Origin: a virus
Taxonomy: Duplodnaviria > Caudoviricetes
Virus record (IMG/VR): IMGVR_UViG_3300025543_000209
Coordinates: 1 to 24,167 of that record
DNA: 24,167 nt
Reading direction: 5' to 3' (one strand)
Part shown: positions 14,017 to 24,167 of the stretch, piece by piece
How positions within the stretch are numbered: the stretch's first letter is position 1
Layout: every line of letters starts with the position of its first letter
Position numbers and translations under genes: made by a program
Notes under the pieces: generated by a model
The model's input: the letters and a program-made list of their open reading frames with translations, nothing else
What the model was told of the DNA's origin: nothing
Database searches by the model: none

Positions 14017-14449
14017 TAGCGGTAAAATAGTTAAGGGCCAAGGTGCGGAACTAACAGATCTCCAGAGTAATTTTATTGATAGGATAGCTGAAGAGGGTAT
14101 GGAGGCATCGAGTAAGATAGCTCGGGAGCTTAATTATACTTCCTACTATCGGGATAGGAGAACCGTAGGTACTGCGTTCCATAGAGAGCTTATGGCTATT
14201 GCCAACGCGGAAATGAAGAGTATTGAAGCTGCTAAGGGTACAAATCTTACGGCATTGATTAAGATACGAGATGTAGCATTGTCTAACGGGGATACAAAGG
14301 CAGCGATGGAAGCCATTAAGATTATCAATGATATGCAAGGATACAAAGCTCCTACGAAGGTCCATCAGACGAAGATAGACGTTAAGGCAACTATAGACCT
14401 TACTGCTCCGGATCAAGAGGATGAGGATACTGATTATATTGATGTTTAA
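13997..14449 (+). CDS. terS: Terminase small subunit
   Basis: LT..Q..F HTH start, helical core, A...GD..AA..A......G..AP; TAATG-coupled to the large subunit. Confidence 0.7.
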   Translation: MPAKRNNSGKIVKGQGAELTDLQSNFIDRIAEEGMEASSKIARELNYTSYYRDRRTVGTAFHRELMAIANAEMKSIEAAKGTNLTALIKIRDVALSNGDTKAAMEAIKIINDMQGYKAPTKVHQTKIDVKATIDLTAPDQEDEDTDYIDV

Positions 14450-15699
14450 TGGAGATAAAGTTATACAACCCTACAAAGCCTCAGAAGGATTTCTTGAAGA
14501 TCATCTACGAAGAGGAGCCTTTTATAACCTTAGCCGCTATGGGGCGGCAAACGGGTAAGACCTTTGCTATGATGAACGATGCGGTAATGAGAGCCTTGAA
14601 TAACAAGAAGCACCGTATGTTCTGGGTAAGCCCTATACAGGAACAGGCCAACAAAGTGATGAAGGACATTGAGGGGATGTTTAGTAACCACCAAGAGTTG
14701 TTTGAGCAAATCATAACGAGGTTTGATAGAAAGCATAACGAAATATACTTTTACAACGGTAGCTTTATTAAGTTCCGATCTTCCGAAGCGGGGGATAACC
14801 TTCGTGGTGCGACATTGGATTTTATCTACATTGATGAGGCTGCCTTTATCAAGGAGGCGTTTATCAACGAGGTATTGCTGCCTATGGTTACCCGGACCAA
14901 CGGTAGGGTAGTGATGAGTAGTACCTTCAATGGTAAGAACTGGTACTGGGAATGGTACCAAAGAGGACTTAAGGAAGATAACTTTAAGCAGATAAAGTCT
15001 ATTAAGCGGACATATCTGGACCTCAACGACCATAAGGTCGAGGAGACGGTACTGGGTATACGCAAGAGTATGACTAAGGCGCAGTTCAATCAAGAGTTTT
15101 TATGTAGACCCGTTAGTGCGGATGCCTTGTTTTCCGATATTGAGGATTCCATTACTAAACACCTACCTCAAGAGTACGAGCGGGTATACATCGGTATGGA
15201 TATCGGGGTAGCGCAAGATTATACCGTGCTTACCGCAATGACAGAAGATTATAAAGTTATTGATATCGATAGGTTCAACTTTAAGGAGCAAGGGATGGAC
15301 TCTGTAGAATTCAAACAGCGCATTAAAGACTTTTACCTTAAACACTTTGATAAACTTGCGGCTGCATACTTTGAGGTCAACAACAACGATTTACTCTTTG
15401 ATGAGATTACCGATGATGACAGGATGTACAAGATGATACCCTTCCAAACGACAAGCAAGAGTAAACCAGAGATAATCAAGAACCTTATTAAGCTTTTTGA
15501 AGACCATAAAATTAAAATACCAGACTACGATGTGTTGGTAAAGGAATTGTACGATTACAAGAGTAAACGTAATCCTGTTACGGGAAACCTACAGTTCTCC
15601 AATACCGAAGGAAAGCACGATGACTGCGTGATGAGTCTTGCTATCGCAGCATACTGTGCTGTAGAGGAACAAGACGGTGGTATAACAATGTTCTTATGA
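14449..15699 (+). CDS. terL: Terminase large subunit
   Basis: Q motif, Walker A GRQTGKT, LRG, Walker B YIDEAAF, ST.NG.NW, F.QEF, nuclease GMDIG...DYT and HDDCVMSLA. Confidence 0.95.
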   Translation: MEIKLYNPTKPQKDFLKIIYEEEPFITLAAMGRQTGKTFAMMNDAVMRALNNKKHRMFWVSPIQEQANKVMKDIEGMFSNHQELFEQIITRFDRKHNEIYFYNGSFIKFRSSEAGDNLRGATLDFIYIDEAAFIKEAFINEVLLPMVTRTNGRVVMSSTFNGKNWYWEWYQRGLKEDNFKQIKSIKRTYLDLNDHKVEETVLGIRKSMTKAQFNQEFLCRPVSADALFSDIEDSITKHLPQEYERVYIGMDIGVAQDYTVLTAMTEDYKVIDIDRFNFKEQGMDSVEFKQRIKDFYLKHFDKLAAAYFEVNNNDLLFDEITDDDRMYKMIPFQTTSKSKPEIIKNLIKLFEDHKIKIPDYDVLVKELYDYKSKRNPVTGNLQFSNTEGKHDDCVMSLAIAAYCAVEEQDGGITMFL

Positions 15700-16400
15700 T
15701 ATCACTTCAGCAGCATATCAACCTTATGCAACACATTTTGTCTAAGGGAGATATAAACGAATACATAGACAAGATGAAGCCGCTTGAGGCCTTGACTTTT
15801 GTCAGATCTTCGGAACAGACTTATCCTATAGAGTCCAACACACTGAGGCCCAAGGACTTAAGAAGCGTTAATTTAAGTGTTAATTCACTTGTACTTGGTC
15901 AGTTCATAATGATAGAGCAGATAATAACAGGTAAAACTAAACTACCCGACCACTTAGTAGACTTAGAATTACTGAAGTTGATATGCCGACCACATCATCA
16001 TACCGAGTTTGACAATGAAAACACAATTGACGAGAAGAAAAACGAGCAACGTATACTAAATATGGATGTTCGTGAGTGCTATTGGATACTCACAGAGTTT
16101 ATAAAGAACAGAGAAAAGACATTGTTTAAGGATTTCGCGGGTGTATTCTACGATGCTCCAGACGATACGGAAGAGGAATCTACACAAGAGCCAGAGGAGA
16201 AGACTTCTGATATGTTGTTTAATCAGCAATGGTACTGGTACTCTATTGTTAGGATGTTGGCAAACGAAGATATAACCAGATATGGAGAAATTTATATGTT
16301 GCCAATGACTACAGTATTGCCCGAAATGTCTTATTTGGCGCAGCGCAACAAGATAGAGTCGGCAAAGCAAAGGCAAAGCCAAGCTATGCGTAAATTGTAA
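15696..16400 (+). CDS. Morphogenesis protein, possibly tail-assembly-chaperone-like
   Basis: LGQFI.IE, acidic linker, W.WY..V..LA..DI......L......L..MSY C-terminal motif. Confidence 0.45.
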   Translation: MISLQQHINLMQHILSKGDINEYIDKMKPLEALTFVRSSEQTYPIESNTLRPKDLRSVNLSVNSLVLGQFIMIEQIITGKTKLPDHLVDLELLKLICRPHHHTEFDNENTIDEKKNEQRILNMDVRECYWILTEFIKNREKTLFKDFAGVFYDAPDDTEEESTQEPEEKTSDMLFNQQWYWYSIVRMLANEDITRYGEIYMLPMTTVLPEMSYLAQRNKIESAKQRQSQAMRKL

Positions 16401-16417
16401 ATTAAGAAAAGACTACA

Positions 16418-16858
16418 GTGAACGATTTAGTAACGATATACGAACTATTTAAGGCTTTTGGAGATTCTCACGGTATGATTAATGAGTTCAAGCTCATAGG
16501 CTCGTTAGAAGACTTGCAAAACATCGAGGTATCACACAGAGGTATGTATGTGAACTTAGATAGCGCAAACGTATCGAGATCGGGTAACAGTCCGGTCTAT
16601 GATGTTACTTTTAATGTAATTGTAATTGACAAGGTGCCATTATACGATGAGCTGGCTCTTATGAACTCTAATCAAGAGAATCTATTCGTTATGGGTCAAT
16701 TGCAAGATTACTTTGGTCAAAATCTGTTAGGAGAAGAACGCTTTGACGAGGTAAACCTTCAAGGCTTTTCTGCTGACGATTACAATATAACTACGGCTAC
16801 TGGAAACTGTAGCTTCTCTATAGGTAGAAATCCAGACAATAGGAGTATAGACATTTAA
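16418..16858 (+). CDS. Putative tail terminator/completion protein
   Basis: Acidic 146-aa alpha/beta protein; GTG start; position upstream of the tape measure gene. Confidence 0.45.
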   Translation: MNDLVTIYELFKAFGDSHGMINEFKLIGSLEDLQNIEVSHRGMYVNLDSANVSRSGNSPVYDVTFNVIVIDKVPLYDELALMNSNQENLFVMGQLQDYFGQNLLGEERFDEVNLQGFSADDYNITTATGNCSFSIGRNPDNRSIDI

Positions 16859-16859
16859 T

Positions 16860-17585
16860 ATGGATAACTTAGAGAAACGTCTTCGTATCATATTAAGTGA
16901 GAAAACCCCTCTTAAAGCGACATATCAACAGCGAGGGGCTTTACAATTTTACCTACAAGACCAATTAAACAAGGGTAAGGTTATATCTCTGTTAAAAAGA
17001 AACCTCAGCGGTCCTCAGAACAAAGAAGGTAGGCCTTATGACCATAGGGCTACAGGATTTTTAGAGAAATCTATAATGCCTGCTACTGATGGAAACCAAA
17101 TCTGGACGAAGAGGTTCTTAAGGGTAAAGCTAACCGGAGACAGGTATTTAGGCTTAGGTATAAGCTTGGATGAATTCTCCGCTAAGATTGAAGCTGCGAG
17201 CTACGCACAAAAACTTAGTGACGGATTCTCTTCCTCTGGAGTGACTCAAGGAGAGATTGCAAATTGGATCTACGCAAAAGCAAGGAGAAACCCGGGTAGT
17301 AGATGGCAGGCAAGCTACAGAAGAAAGGATGGCTACAAAACCTTTGATTACTACGGGGATCAAGTAAGCTACTCTGTAGCTAAGTATATAGCAAAGCCGA
17401 TAACCCAAAAGCTGCAAGTAAATGGATATGCTGGTAGTGGCTGGATGGAATTCCTTCAAGGTCCTGCGGGACTAAAGGGAGCATTAACCCGTGCTTACGG
17501 TAGGTATCTAAAAGATTACCCAGCGTATACTTGGGCTACGATGACGTATAGAATTGAACAAATGTTAGAAAAACTCGAGAAATGA
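16860..17585 (+). CDS. Putative neck/tail-completion (virion morphogenesis) protein
   Basis: Basic; ATG.L..SI, YA....DG, I..WI..K pattern. Confidence 0.45.
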   Translation: MDNLEKRLRIILSEKTPLKATYQQRGALQFYLQDQLNKGKVISLLKRNLSGPQNKEGRPYDHRATGFLEKSIMPATDGNQIWTKRFLRVKLTGDRYLGLGISLDEFSAKIEAASYAQKLSDGFSSSGVTQGEIANWIYAKARRNPGSRWQASYRRKDGYKTFDYYGDQVSYSVAKYIAKPITQKLQVNGYAGSGWMEFLQGPAGLKGALTRAYGRYLKDYPAYTWATMTYRIEQMLEKLEK

Positions 17586-20500
17586 GTAACGATAAGAGAC
17601 TATCAAATTTACAGAATACTTTAACTACCGTAGCTGGAGTTGTAGAGCAACTTGCTAATAAGCTTAAAGACTTAAATACACAGATATCCCAACTCGCGGG
17701 TAACTCGTCTAAACTCGGTAAGGCTCAACAAAAAGTAGCTAAAGAAACCGCGCAAGCAGCTAAAGAGACTGAAAAGCAGGCTAATGCTACTGAGAAAGCA
17801 AACAAGGCAAACAAAGGATTCTTTGGTAATTTAGGAAAGAACATAAAGACTATTGTATCGTTTTATGGTGCTTACCAAATCCTTAATCTTGCAGTACAAG
17901 CCTTTAGCGAGTTAACTGTAGGATCTGCAAAAAGAGCTATTGCTTTTGAGAAAGCGTTATCAGACCTTAGAGCAATTGCAAACCTCACTGCGGCAGACGT
18001 ACAAAGATTAGAAAAAGTTGTATTTGAAGTAGCTGGATCTACGTCACTTACAACGCTTGAGGTGGTCGAGCTACAGAAGCAGCTCGCAAAATTAGGATCT
18101 TCTGTTTCCGACATAGAGAATCTTACTGGACCAATAGCTATACTCTCTCAATCATTAGGTGAGGAACCGGGAGGAGTTGCAGCAGCACTAAAGAAAACAA
18201 TCAACCAGTTCCAATCCACTACTGAAGAAGCTAATAGATTTGCCAATGTAATGGTCGGCGCTGTAAATGAAACCGCACTATCATTAAACGACTTAGGAAC
18301 ATCGTTATCTTACGTTGGTCCATTAGCATCTCAGTTAGGCGTGAGCTTTGAGGAAACAGCGGCACTACTCGGTATCCTTGCGGATAACGGATTTAAAGCA
18401 TCTAAGGCAGGTACTGGTCTTCGTCAATTTTTTATTACAGCAGCTAAAGATGGCAGACCTTTCAATGAATTTTTAAAAGATATAAGCGAAGGAAACTTAA
18501 ATATCTCTGAAGCTACATCGTTGTTTAATAAAACAGGAGCCTCACAAGCCTTGGTTATCTCCGAGAACTTAGAGAAGTTTGAGCGACTCAAGGAAGAGCT
18601 TTCAGACACTACTCGTTTGATGAAGGCAAATGCGGCTCAGATGGATAATACGCAGGGTCAATTAGACCTACTTGCTTCTGCTTATGATAAATTCTCTACT
18701 AAGCTTGGTGAAATATTCATACAGAACAAAACAGTTATAGGCATCACTCAGTTATTAGATGTTAAAACAGCAGCACTTGCAGAAACTTATGGAATCCTCG
18801 CTAACGCAACTGAAAAAACAGACAAAAGCATCAAGTCTCTTATAGATTCTTTTAGGTCTATATCTGAAGAGTCAGAGGGTTTTGAATTCACGAGTGTAGA
18901 AAAAGCATTGGAGATAATTGAATCAAGCGGTCAGTTTGGAGAATATTCTTTGTTTTTATTCCAGCAATACCTTGATATTTATAAAACATTAGGTAAAACA
19001 GAACAAGAGGCATTAAACTCTATTGAAGACAATCAAGGTAGAGCAGTTAGGAGAATTGCCGCTACAGCAAACGAACTTATAGATCAATCAAGAGAAAGAG
19101 CTGTAGAGTTGGATAATGAAGCGGTAGCTATCAAGGCGAACGACGATGTTGTAAAGTCTTACTCAAAAAGTATTACCGACTTACAATCACTTGCAGCTAA
19201 AGATATAGATGTCTTTAATCAAAAAGTAAACTTATATAAAGAACTTGAAGAAGAGATCCGTAAAAATGAAGAAGCTCAAGAAGATTTAAGAAATAAAGGT
19301 CTTGAAGCTAATGCTGAAGATGTTGTTTCCAGCAGGGTAACAGAAAAAAGAATTGCCTTATTAAAAGACTTACTTAAACAAATAAACGGAATAACCAACG
19401 GAGAAGATGAACTTGCGAGAATTCGTAAAAAATCAAATAAAGATTACTTTGAGGAGATAGATCTTCTTTTAGGGGTTGAGAAAGAATTGATTATAAACCA
19501 AAAGCAATCAAGACAATTCAATGCATTGCTTGGTAAATTATTTAGTGAGAATGCAGTAACAATAAGCACTCTTACAGACGAATTAGGAAAGCTGACTGAA
19601 GGAACTGAAGAATTTAATAGGAAGTTCGCCGAGATAGAAGATCTTGAAGGTTTACAAGAAGCTATCAAAAAGTACGAGCTTTCAGAAAAGGATATAGAAG
19701 GTATTGTAAAAAAACTTTACGATCATATACTTCTTGCGGCAGCAAGGGAAAATCTTAATGGACTAACAGAGATATTAAATGAAGCTTTCGACAAAGAGTT
19801 GAGCAGACTAACTTTTGGTGAAGATGGTACAGTTACAACAGAAGCTATAGAAACAGAGATCCCTTTAAGACCTATATTTAAGCCGGAAGGAACTGAAGAT
19901 GATCCTTATGGATTTATAGACCAGCTTAAGGATCAATCATTAAAGTCATTCCAAGAGTTAGCTCTTTACCTGCAAGAGAACGGATCTGAGTTAGTTAATA
20001 CAGCTTATCAAGATATAGCCGCAGAAAGACTTGCTACACTTCAAAGGGAGCTTGATGCCGAGCTTGATTTGATTGAAAACAGATATGAGGTAGAAGAGGA
20101 TATTTTAAAGTCTCAATTAGACAATCAATTAATAAGCGAGTCACAATTTAGACAAAAACAAAAAGAACTTCGTAAAGCGCAAGTAGCTGAAGAAAATGCT
20201 ATTGAAAGACAAAGGTTTAACGCAGAGAAGAAACAAGATATAAACAATGCTAAATCGGATTATTTATCTGCGATAGCTCAATCTTTTATAAATGAGGTTA
20301 TAGCGGGAGTTCCTTTTCCATTTAACGTGACTAACGCACTTATAACTTCTGCAAGTGCAGGCGTTTCTTTTGGAGCGCAAGTAGCAGCGATATCTCAGCG
20401 TAAGTATGTAGACAAGAAGTTTGCTGATGGTGGTATTGTAAATGGACCATCGCACGACCAAGGCGGTGTGCCTTTTACTGTTCAAGGAAGAGGTGGATAC

Positions 20501-20800
20501 GAAATGGAAGGCGGTGAGTACATCGTTAATAAGCGAGCCACTTCTATGCACCGAGACTTGCTTGAGCGCATAAACAAAAGCGGTAAGATGAATCCAACTG
20601 TAGGTAGAATGAAATTTGCCGAAGGAGGTTTAGTATCTTCGCCTATGAGTGAAAGTGTAGATTACCTAAAGGCTATCGCAGAGGCTACGACCTCAACAGC
20701 TATAGGCGTAAGCAAACCAGTTCGTGCTTATGTTGCAGACAAAGACTTGCGTGGTAACGCTACAGAACGTAGAATTAGAGATAGAAACGATAGAATATAA
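17582..20800 (+). CDS. Tail tape measure protein (TP901-like core)
   Basis: 1072 aa, helical and Ala-rich; LA..G, VGP.A..LG..FEET.A.LG.LA..G...S.AGTGLR core; C-terminal FA.GG, GPSH..GG and EGGE..VN motifs. Confidence 0.92.
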   Translation: MSNDKRLSNLQNTLTTVAGVVEQLANKLKDLNTQISQLAGNSSKLGKAQQKVAKETAQAAKETEKQANATEKANKANKGFFGNLGKNIKTIVSFYGAYQILNLAVQAFSELTVGSAKRAIAFEKALSDLRAIANLTAADVQRLEKVVFEVAGSTSLTTLEVVELQKQLAKLGSSVSDIENLTGPIAILSQSLGEEPGGVAAALKKTINQFQSTTEEANRFANVMVGAVNETALSLNDLGTSLSYVGPLASQLGVSFEETAALLGILADNGFKASKAGTGLRQFFITAAKDGRPFNEFLKDISEGNLNISEATSLFNKTGASQALVISENLEKFERLKEELSDTTRLMKANAAQMDNTQGQLDLLASAYDKFSTKLGEIFIQNKTVIGITQLLDVKTAALAETYGILANATEKTDKSIKSLIDSFRSISEESEGFEFTSVEKALEIIESSGQFGEYSLFLFQQYLDIYKTLGKTEQEALNSIEDNQGRAVRRIAATANELIDQSRERAVELDNEAVAIKANDDVVKSYSKSITDLQSLAAKDIDVFNQKVNLYKELEEEIRKNEEAQEDLRNKGLEANAEDVVSSRVTEKRIALLKDLLKQINGITNGEDELARIRKKSNKDYFEEIDLLLGVEKELIINQKQSRQFNALLGKLFSENAVTISTLTDELGKLTEGTEEFNRKFAEIEDLEGLQEAIKKYELSEKDIEGIVKKLYDHILLAAARENLNGLTEILNEAFDKELSRLTFGEDGTVTTEAIETEIPLRPIFKPEGTEDDPYGFIDQLKDQSLKSFQELALYLQENGSELVNTAYQDIAAERLATLQRELDAELDLIENRYEVEEDILKSQLDNQLISESQFRQKQKELRKAQVAEENAIERQRFNAEKKQDINNAKSDYLSAIAQSFINEVIAGVPFPFNVTNALITSASAGVSFGAQVAAISQRKYVDKKFADGGIVNGPSHDQGGVPFTVQGRGGYEMEGGEYIVNKRATSMHRDLLERINKSGKMNPTVGRMKFAEGGLVSSPMSESVDYLKAIAEATTSTAIGVSKPVRAYVADKDLRGNATERRIRDRNDRI

Positions 20801-21357
20801 TGTCAGATTTAGTATTTAAACAAGGTATAGCGCAGCAGTTTAACGGAATATCTTTAAACTTACTCGGTTCAGATACACTTCGTGAGTCAAGCCCTTCGGG
20901 TAACTTCCAAGCAAGAGATGTTGTTAAGATATCTTATTCGGATACCTATCAGAAAGCGGTTTATGCTATATGCACAGATGCCTCTGGAGCAGCTTCTTTT
21001 AAGTTTGATAGTAACATATATCCTGTGGGTCTATCAAGTATAACCGCAACTATATTCAGATACAACACTACAGATATAGATAGCGTTGATGTCTATAGAA
21101 TAGGTGTAGATATTGAAAATGGCTTATACTCAAAAGCATATACTCAATATGCTTCAAACAATTCGTATTCATTAATTGTGCCTGCAAGGAGAAACGATTA
21201 CTTTGGGATATCTTCTACGTTAGTAACTAATCCCGATGTTGTATTCGCAAATTACTGTGATGGTGTAGCTTATGGCGTAGGATTTAGTGACGGCTCATTT
21301 GATACACTAAACAATAGGTTTAAGTCTTCTTTAGAATTTAATATCGCAACTCGTTAG
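20800..21357 (+). CDS. Putative distal tail protein
   Basis: Beta-rich; TAATG-coupled immediately after the tape measure gene. Confidence 0.4.
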   Translation: MSDLVFKQGIAQQFNGISLNLLGSDTLRESSPSGNFQARDVVKISYSDTYQKAVYAICTDASGAASFKFDSNIYPVGLSSITATIFRYNTTDIDSVDVYRIGVDIENGLYSKAYTQYASNNSYSLIVPARRNDYFGISSTLVTNPDVVFANYCDGVAYGVGFSDGSFDTLNNRFKSSLEFNIATR

Positions 21358-21358
21358 T

Positions 21359-24046
21359 ATGGAGTTTAAGTTAGAGATTAGCAGGGATAATGTCACATAT
21401 AATGATGTTGACTTATTCCCAGAGCAGCAGTTAGAGTATGATTTAGATTTCTACGATAGCGTAGAGATTGACAAGGTAAAGCTACCTTTCTATACAAAGC
21501 TGCGTATACCACTAACAACAAACAATAAGGCTTCAAACAGGTTTAATTTTGAGCCTATAACATCACCCGCATTAGACTTCCCTAAAGAAGACTTTTACTT
21601 TAAGATAACCATATACGGTTCCTCTTCAACAGAAATAGCGGGTATACTCAATGTGATATCATTTGAGTATAATTCTTCTCAATCATACATTGAAGTTGAA
21701 TTGAAAGATTACTTGTCAAAGTATTTAGCACAAGTAAAAGACTTAAAGTTAGGTGAGTTATATACCGATAACTACTACACTACAAGACACACGCTGAATA
21801 ACTTCCGAGCAAACACTGCAAGCGGTGGTGAGGCAGGAATTAAAGGGACTAATCCCGACTATACAAGGCCAATGTCTTTTCCTTACATAGACTTCTGTAA
21901 TGATGTTGATGGAAAATTTGGATATGGCGCAAGACAGTTTCTTGAGTATGGTACGGGTATAGACAGAACGGGCATTATGCCTGTGTTCTCGGTGAGAGGA
22001 TTTCTTCAGTACCTAACAGCTTACATAAGTTCAGCATCTTTCCCACTCCGTGTGGACTCAAAGCTATTTGTATTAGGTGACTATGCTGCTGCACCCGCTT
22101 TTGCAGACTTTCAAGCTGAAAAGCTACATATGGTTATCCCTTCGCAATTACTTGCTAAAGAGGATATAAACAGAAGAAACTTCTTTGTCAGACAAGCACC
22201 TGCTTGGTCGGGTACTAATCAATCATTAAACTCTTGTGTTGACTTAAACAACAACACAAAGCTAATACACACCCAGTGGTTCGGCAATATGGAAACTGCG
22301 GGCAACTATGGAACTGATGCAGAGGGCAATCCATTGTATGCGAGTGTTGATTGGGGCGCAGAGAAAAGAATGGGATTCTACCCTGCTGACCTTGATGACA
22401 ATGGTGATTATATCTTTGACGGTATACGAGGTTTCTTCTGTCCAAAGGTTTCTTTCAATGCAGACATAAGATTAAACTCGGGTGCTACATCAGCAGTTAT
22501 AGAAAGACCAAAGTTAGAAATACCTATAGTGGGTGAGGACAAGCTTGTAGACGCTATATACACTAATAGTTCTAATATGAGGTTCAAAGTGTATGTAGGT
22601 GTTTATGAGGATGGGTTTATGGTCAAAAAAATTGCCTTAAGAGATTCTCAAGGAAATGACATCATCCTTGATATGTCTAATGTAATTTCTACTGAACAAG
22701 GCAACTCAAACAAAGGCAGTAACTCTGACCCTTATGATTACTTTCAGTGTGAAGAGAATCACGAGGACCACGGTGTGCTACTGTCTAACGGTGCTACTTG
22801 GAGAGACGTATTATTATTTGAGGACTTCACAGCATACTTTCCACAAGACCAAGAGTTATTTGTAAATGGTGGCAGTAGATATGGAGTAAACTATTTCATT
22901 GAGCCATTAGATGGAGAACTTGATGTTCGCTACGCTACAGACTATGCTCACGGAAGTTCTCATCACACTGCTACAGCATTTGCACAAAGTATGTTTAGTG
23001 TTGGTGAGTTAAGAAAACTTGTTACAAGAATATCAAGCTATGGCTCTTTAAATATTAAGTTCAATTCTAACGCAGATACATTGCTATATAAGCTTACGGA
23101 TGAGTTTATAATTAGTGATTCTATCAATCAGACTTGCCCACTGAATGTCTCTGAAATACTCACTGGTCTTTTAAAAAGATTTGATTGTGGATTGTTCTAT
23201 GAGTATGATGCATCTACATCAGAACACGTCCTTCGGATAGACCCATTGTCTATTGTTAGAACGGGAAGTCAAGACATCAATAATCTAATAGATGACCTCA
23301 AGTCCGTAAGGATAAGTAATGGTGGAGATAAGGTAAAGCTACTTGAGATAAACAACAAAGACTATAATCTTTACTTTGATGATATCAATAACGATGGTAT
23401 AACCATTGGTTCTACAACTCAAGAAATTAATCCAGAAGGTATAGTAGAAATAAAGATAGACCTTGACTCTTCCATATATAACCGTTCTGTTTGTGGTCCA
23501 GAAGCTTCAGATATGGAAGGCAATCAAAACTTTCAGAATGGAGCGTTTAGCGAAAAAGAACTTGGTTTCACATCAAATATTTTTACAAAGAATAAAGATG
23601 TAGGATTAAGGTTTGCTTATTTAGACAAGCCATTAGTTGACACTAACCTAAAGATACCACATATAAAGCTTAAGGGTAATGACCAAAGCGGTCAGATGAT
23701 TACTGAAACAGAGCGCATATACATAGACCTTGGTCAGCATACTTTTAATGGTAGAATTTTCCCAAGAAATACTGCGGGTTGGAATCTTATGTTTGAAGAT
23801 GAAAGTGGTAATACTACCGATACCTATGATAATATATTCGCTGTATCTGAAAAGATATTGCAAAGTGAGAACCCACGCATAGAGTTTGATATGGTTGTGC
23901 CTACATCTAATTTGGCTTCTTTAGATTTCTTTTTACAGACACTTACTTGTACAAGGATAACACCTAATGGCATACTCGTTAAGAGCGCAAGTGGTGATGT
24001 CTATGATGATTATGCTTACATTACAATAGAAGGGATATTACAATAA
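21359..24046 (+). CDS. Tail tip/baseplate hub protein
   Basis: N-terminal VDL.......F....RIP.T..N...F hub pattern; large beta-rich insertion; L.....KRF...F.......LRIDP. Confidence 0.6.
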   Translation: MEFKLEISRDNVTYNDVDLFPEQQLEYDLDFYDSVEIDKVKLPFYTKLRIPLTTNNKASNRFNFEPITSPALDFPKEDFYFKITIYGSSSTEIAGILNVISFEYNSSQSYIEVELKDYLSKYLAQVKDLKLGELYTDNYYTTRHTLNNFRANTASGGEAGIKGTNPDYTRPMSFPYIDFCNDVDGKFGYGARQFLEYGTGIDRTGIMPVFSVRGFLQYLTAYISSASFPLRVDSKLFVLGDYAAAPAFADFQAEKLHMVIPSQLLAKEDINRRNFFVRQAPAWSGTNQSLNSCVDLNNNTKLIHTQWFGNMETAGNYGTDAEGNPLYASVDWGAEKRMGFYPADLDDNGDYIFDGIRGFFCPKVSFNADIRLNSGATSAVIERPKLEIPIVGEDKLVDAIYTNSSNMRFKVYVGVYEDGFMVKKIALRDSQGNDIILDMSNVISTEQGNSNKGSNSDPYDYFQCEENHEDHGVLLSNGATWRDVLLFEDFTAYFPQDQELFVNGGSRYGVNYFIEPLDGELDVRYATDYAHGSSHHTATAFAQSMFSVGELRKLVTRISSYGSLNIKFNSNADTLLYKLTDEFIISDSINQTCPLNVSEILTGLLKRFDCGLFYEYDASTSEHVLRIDPLSIVRTGSQDINNLIDDLKSVRISNGGDKVKLLEINNKDYNLYFDDINNDGITIGSTTQEINPEGIVEIKIDLDSSIYNRSVCGPEASDMEGNQNFQNGAFSEKELGFTSNIFTKNKDVGLRFAYLDKPLVDTNLKIPHIKLKGNDQSGQMITETERIYIDLGQHTFNGRIFPRNTAGWNLMFEDESGNTTDTYDNIFAVSEKILQSENPRIEFDMVVPTSNLASLDFFLQTLTCTRITPNGILVKSASGDVYDDYAYITIEGILQ

Positions 24047-24061
24047 TTGTAAATTAATTTG

Positions 24062-24167
24062 ATGGCTACATACAACGACTACCCACAATCTGCTACTAAC
24101 AACGCCAAGAAAGTTCTTGAGTGGAAGAAGAAGTATGGTGATGAAGTTAAGGGAATGACTTCTGTGG
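24062..24167 (+). CDS. Partial head-module-type protein (5' end only)
   Basis: MATYNDYPQSATNNAKKVLEWKKKYGDEVKGMTSV; Y.DYP.....NA...L.W....G domain recalled from head morphogenesis/protease-associated genes; truncated by the window end. Confidence 0.55.
   Translation, partial: MATYNDYPQSATNNAKKVLEWKKKYGDEVKGMTSV

Noticed and set aside
15696-17585. Programmed frameshift tail-chaperone pair before the tape measure gene
   Set aside because: No clear slippery site with an overlapping second frame was seen.
20410-20640. Duplicated KFA(D/E)GG motif in the tape measure C-terminus
   Set aside because: Common feature of tape measure proteins.
14051-23863. Minus-strand ORFs inside terminase, tape measure and tail genes
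   Set aside because: Antisense shadows of well-supported plus-strand genes, with no motifs.
1-24167. Stop-codon reassignment
   Set aside because: Long genes are intact in the standard code, and TAA, TGA and TAG all end genes at tight junctions.

Overview
About 24 kb of a long-tailed dsDNA phage genome, probably infecting a Bacteroidota (Flavobacteriia-like) host. The host call rests on TTG-N19-TAnnTTTG promoters and A-rich starts without Shine-Dalgarno sequences. Three blocks are visible. (1) A leftward arm, 10880 down to 2: small early genes, two DnaA-domain-IV-like HTH proteins, a recombination module (Sak/Rad52-like annealase, RecE-like exonuclease, SSB), an SF4 helicase, DUF1599, PD-(D/E)XK and RusA-like nucleases, a possible gp33/gp55-like late-transcription pair, and a lysis cassette (M15 peptidase, a Cys-tailed micro-protein, holin). 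(2) A compositionally distinct rightward island, ~11040-13430, very rich in CCGG/GGCC/GGNCC sites, with a GP88-like Fe-S protein, a terminator and a G-quadruplex-capable tract. (3) A rightward morphogenesis arm: terminase subunits, tail/neck genes, tape measure, tail-tip protein and the start of a head-type gene. Non-coding features include two related TATACTAAG-based palindromic elements, a pseudoknot-like leader and a tRNA-like element. No DNA polymerase, primase, integrase or CRISPR array is seen. All family calls come from motif recognition by eye; no database search was run, and counts are manual.
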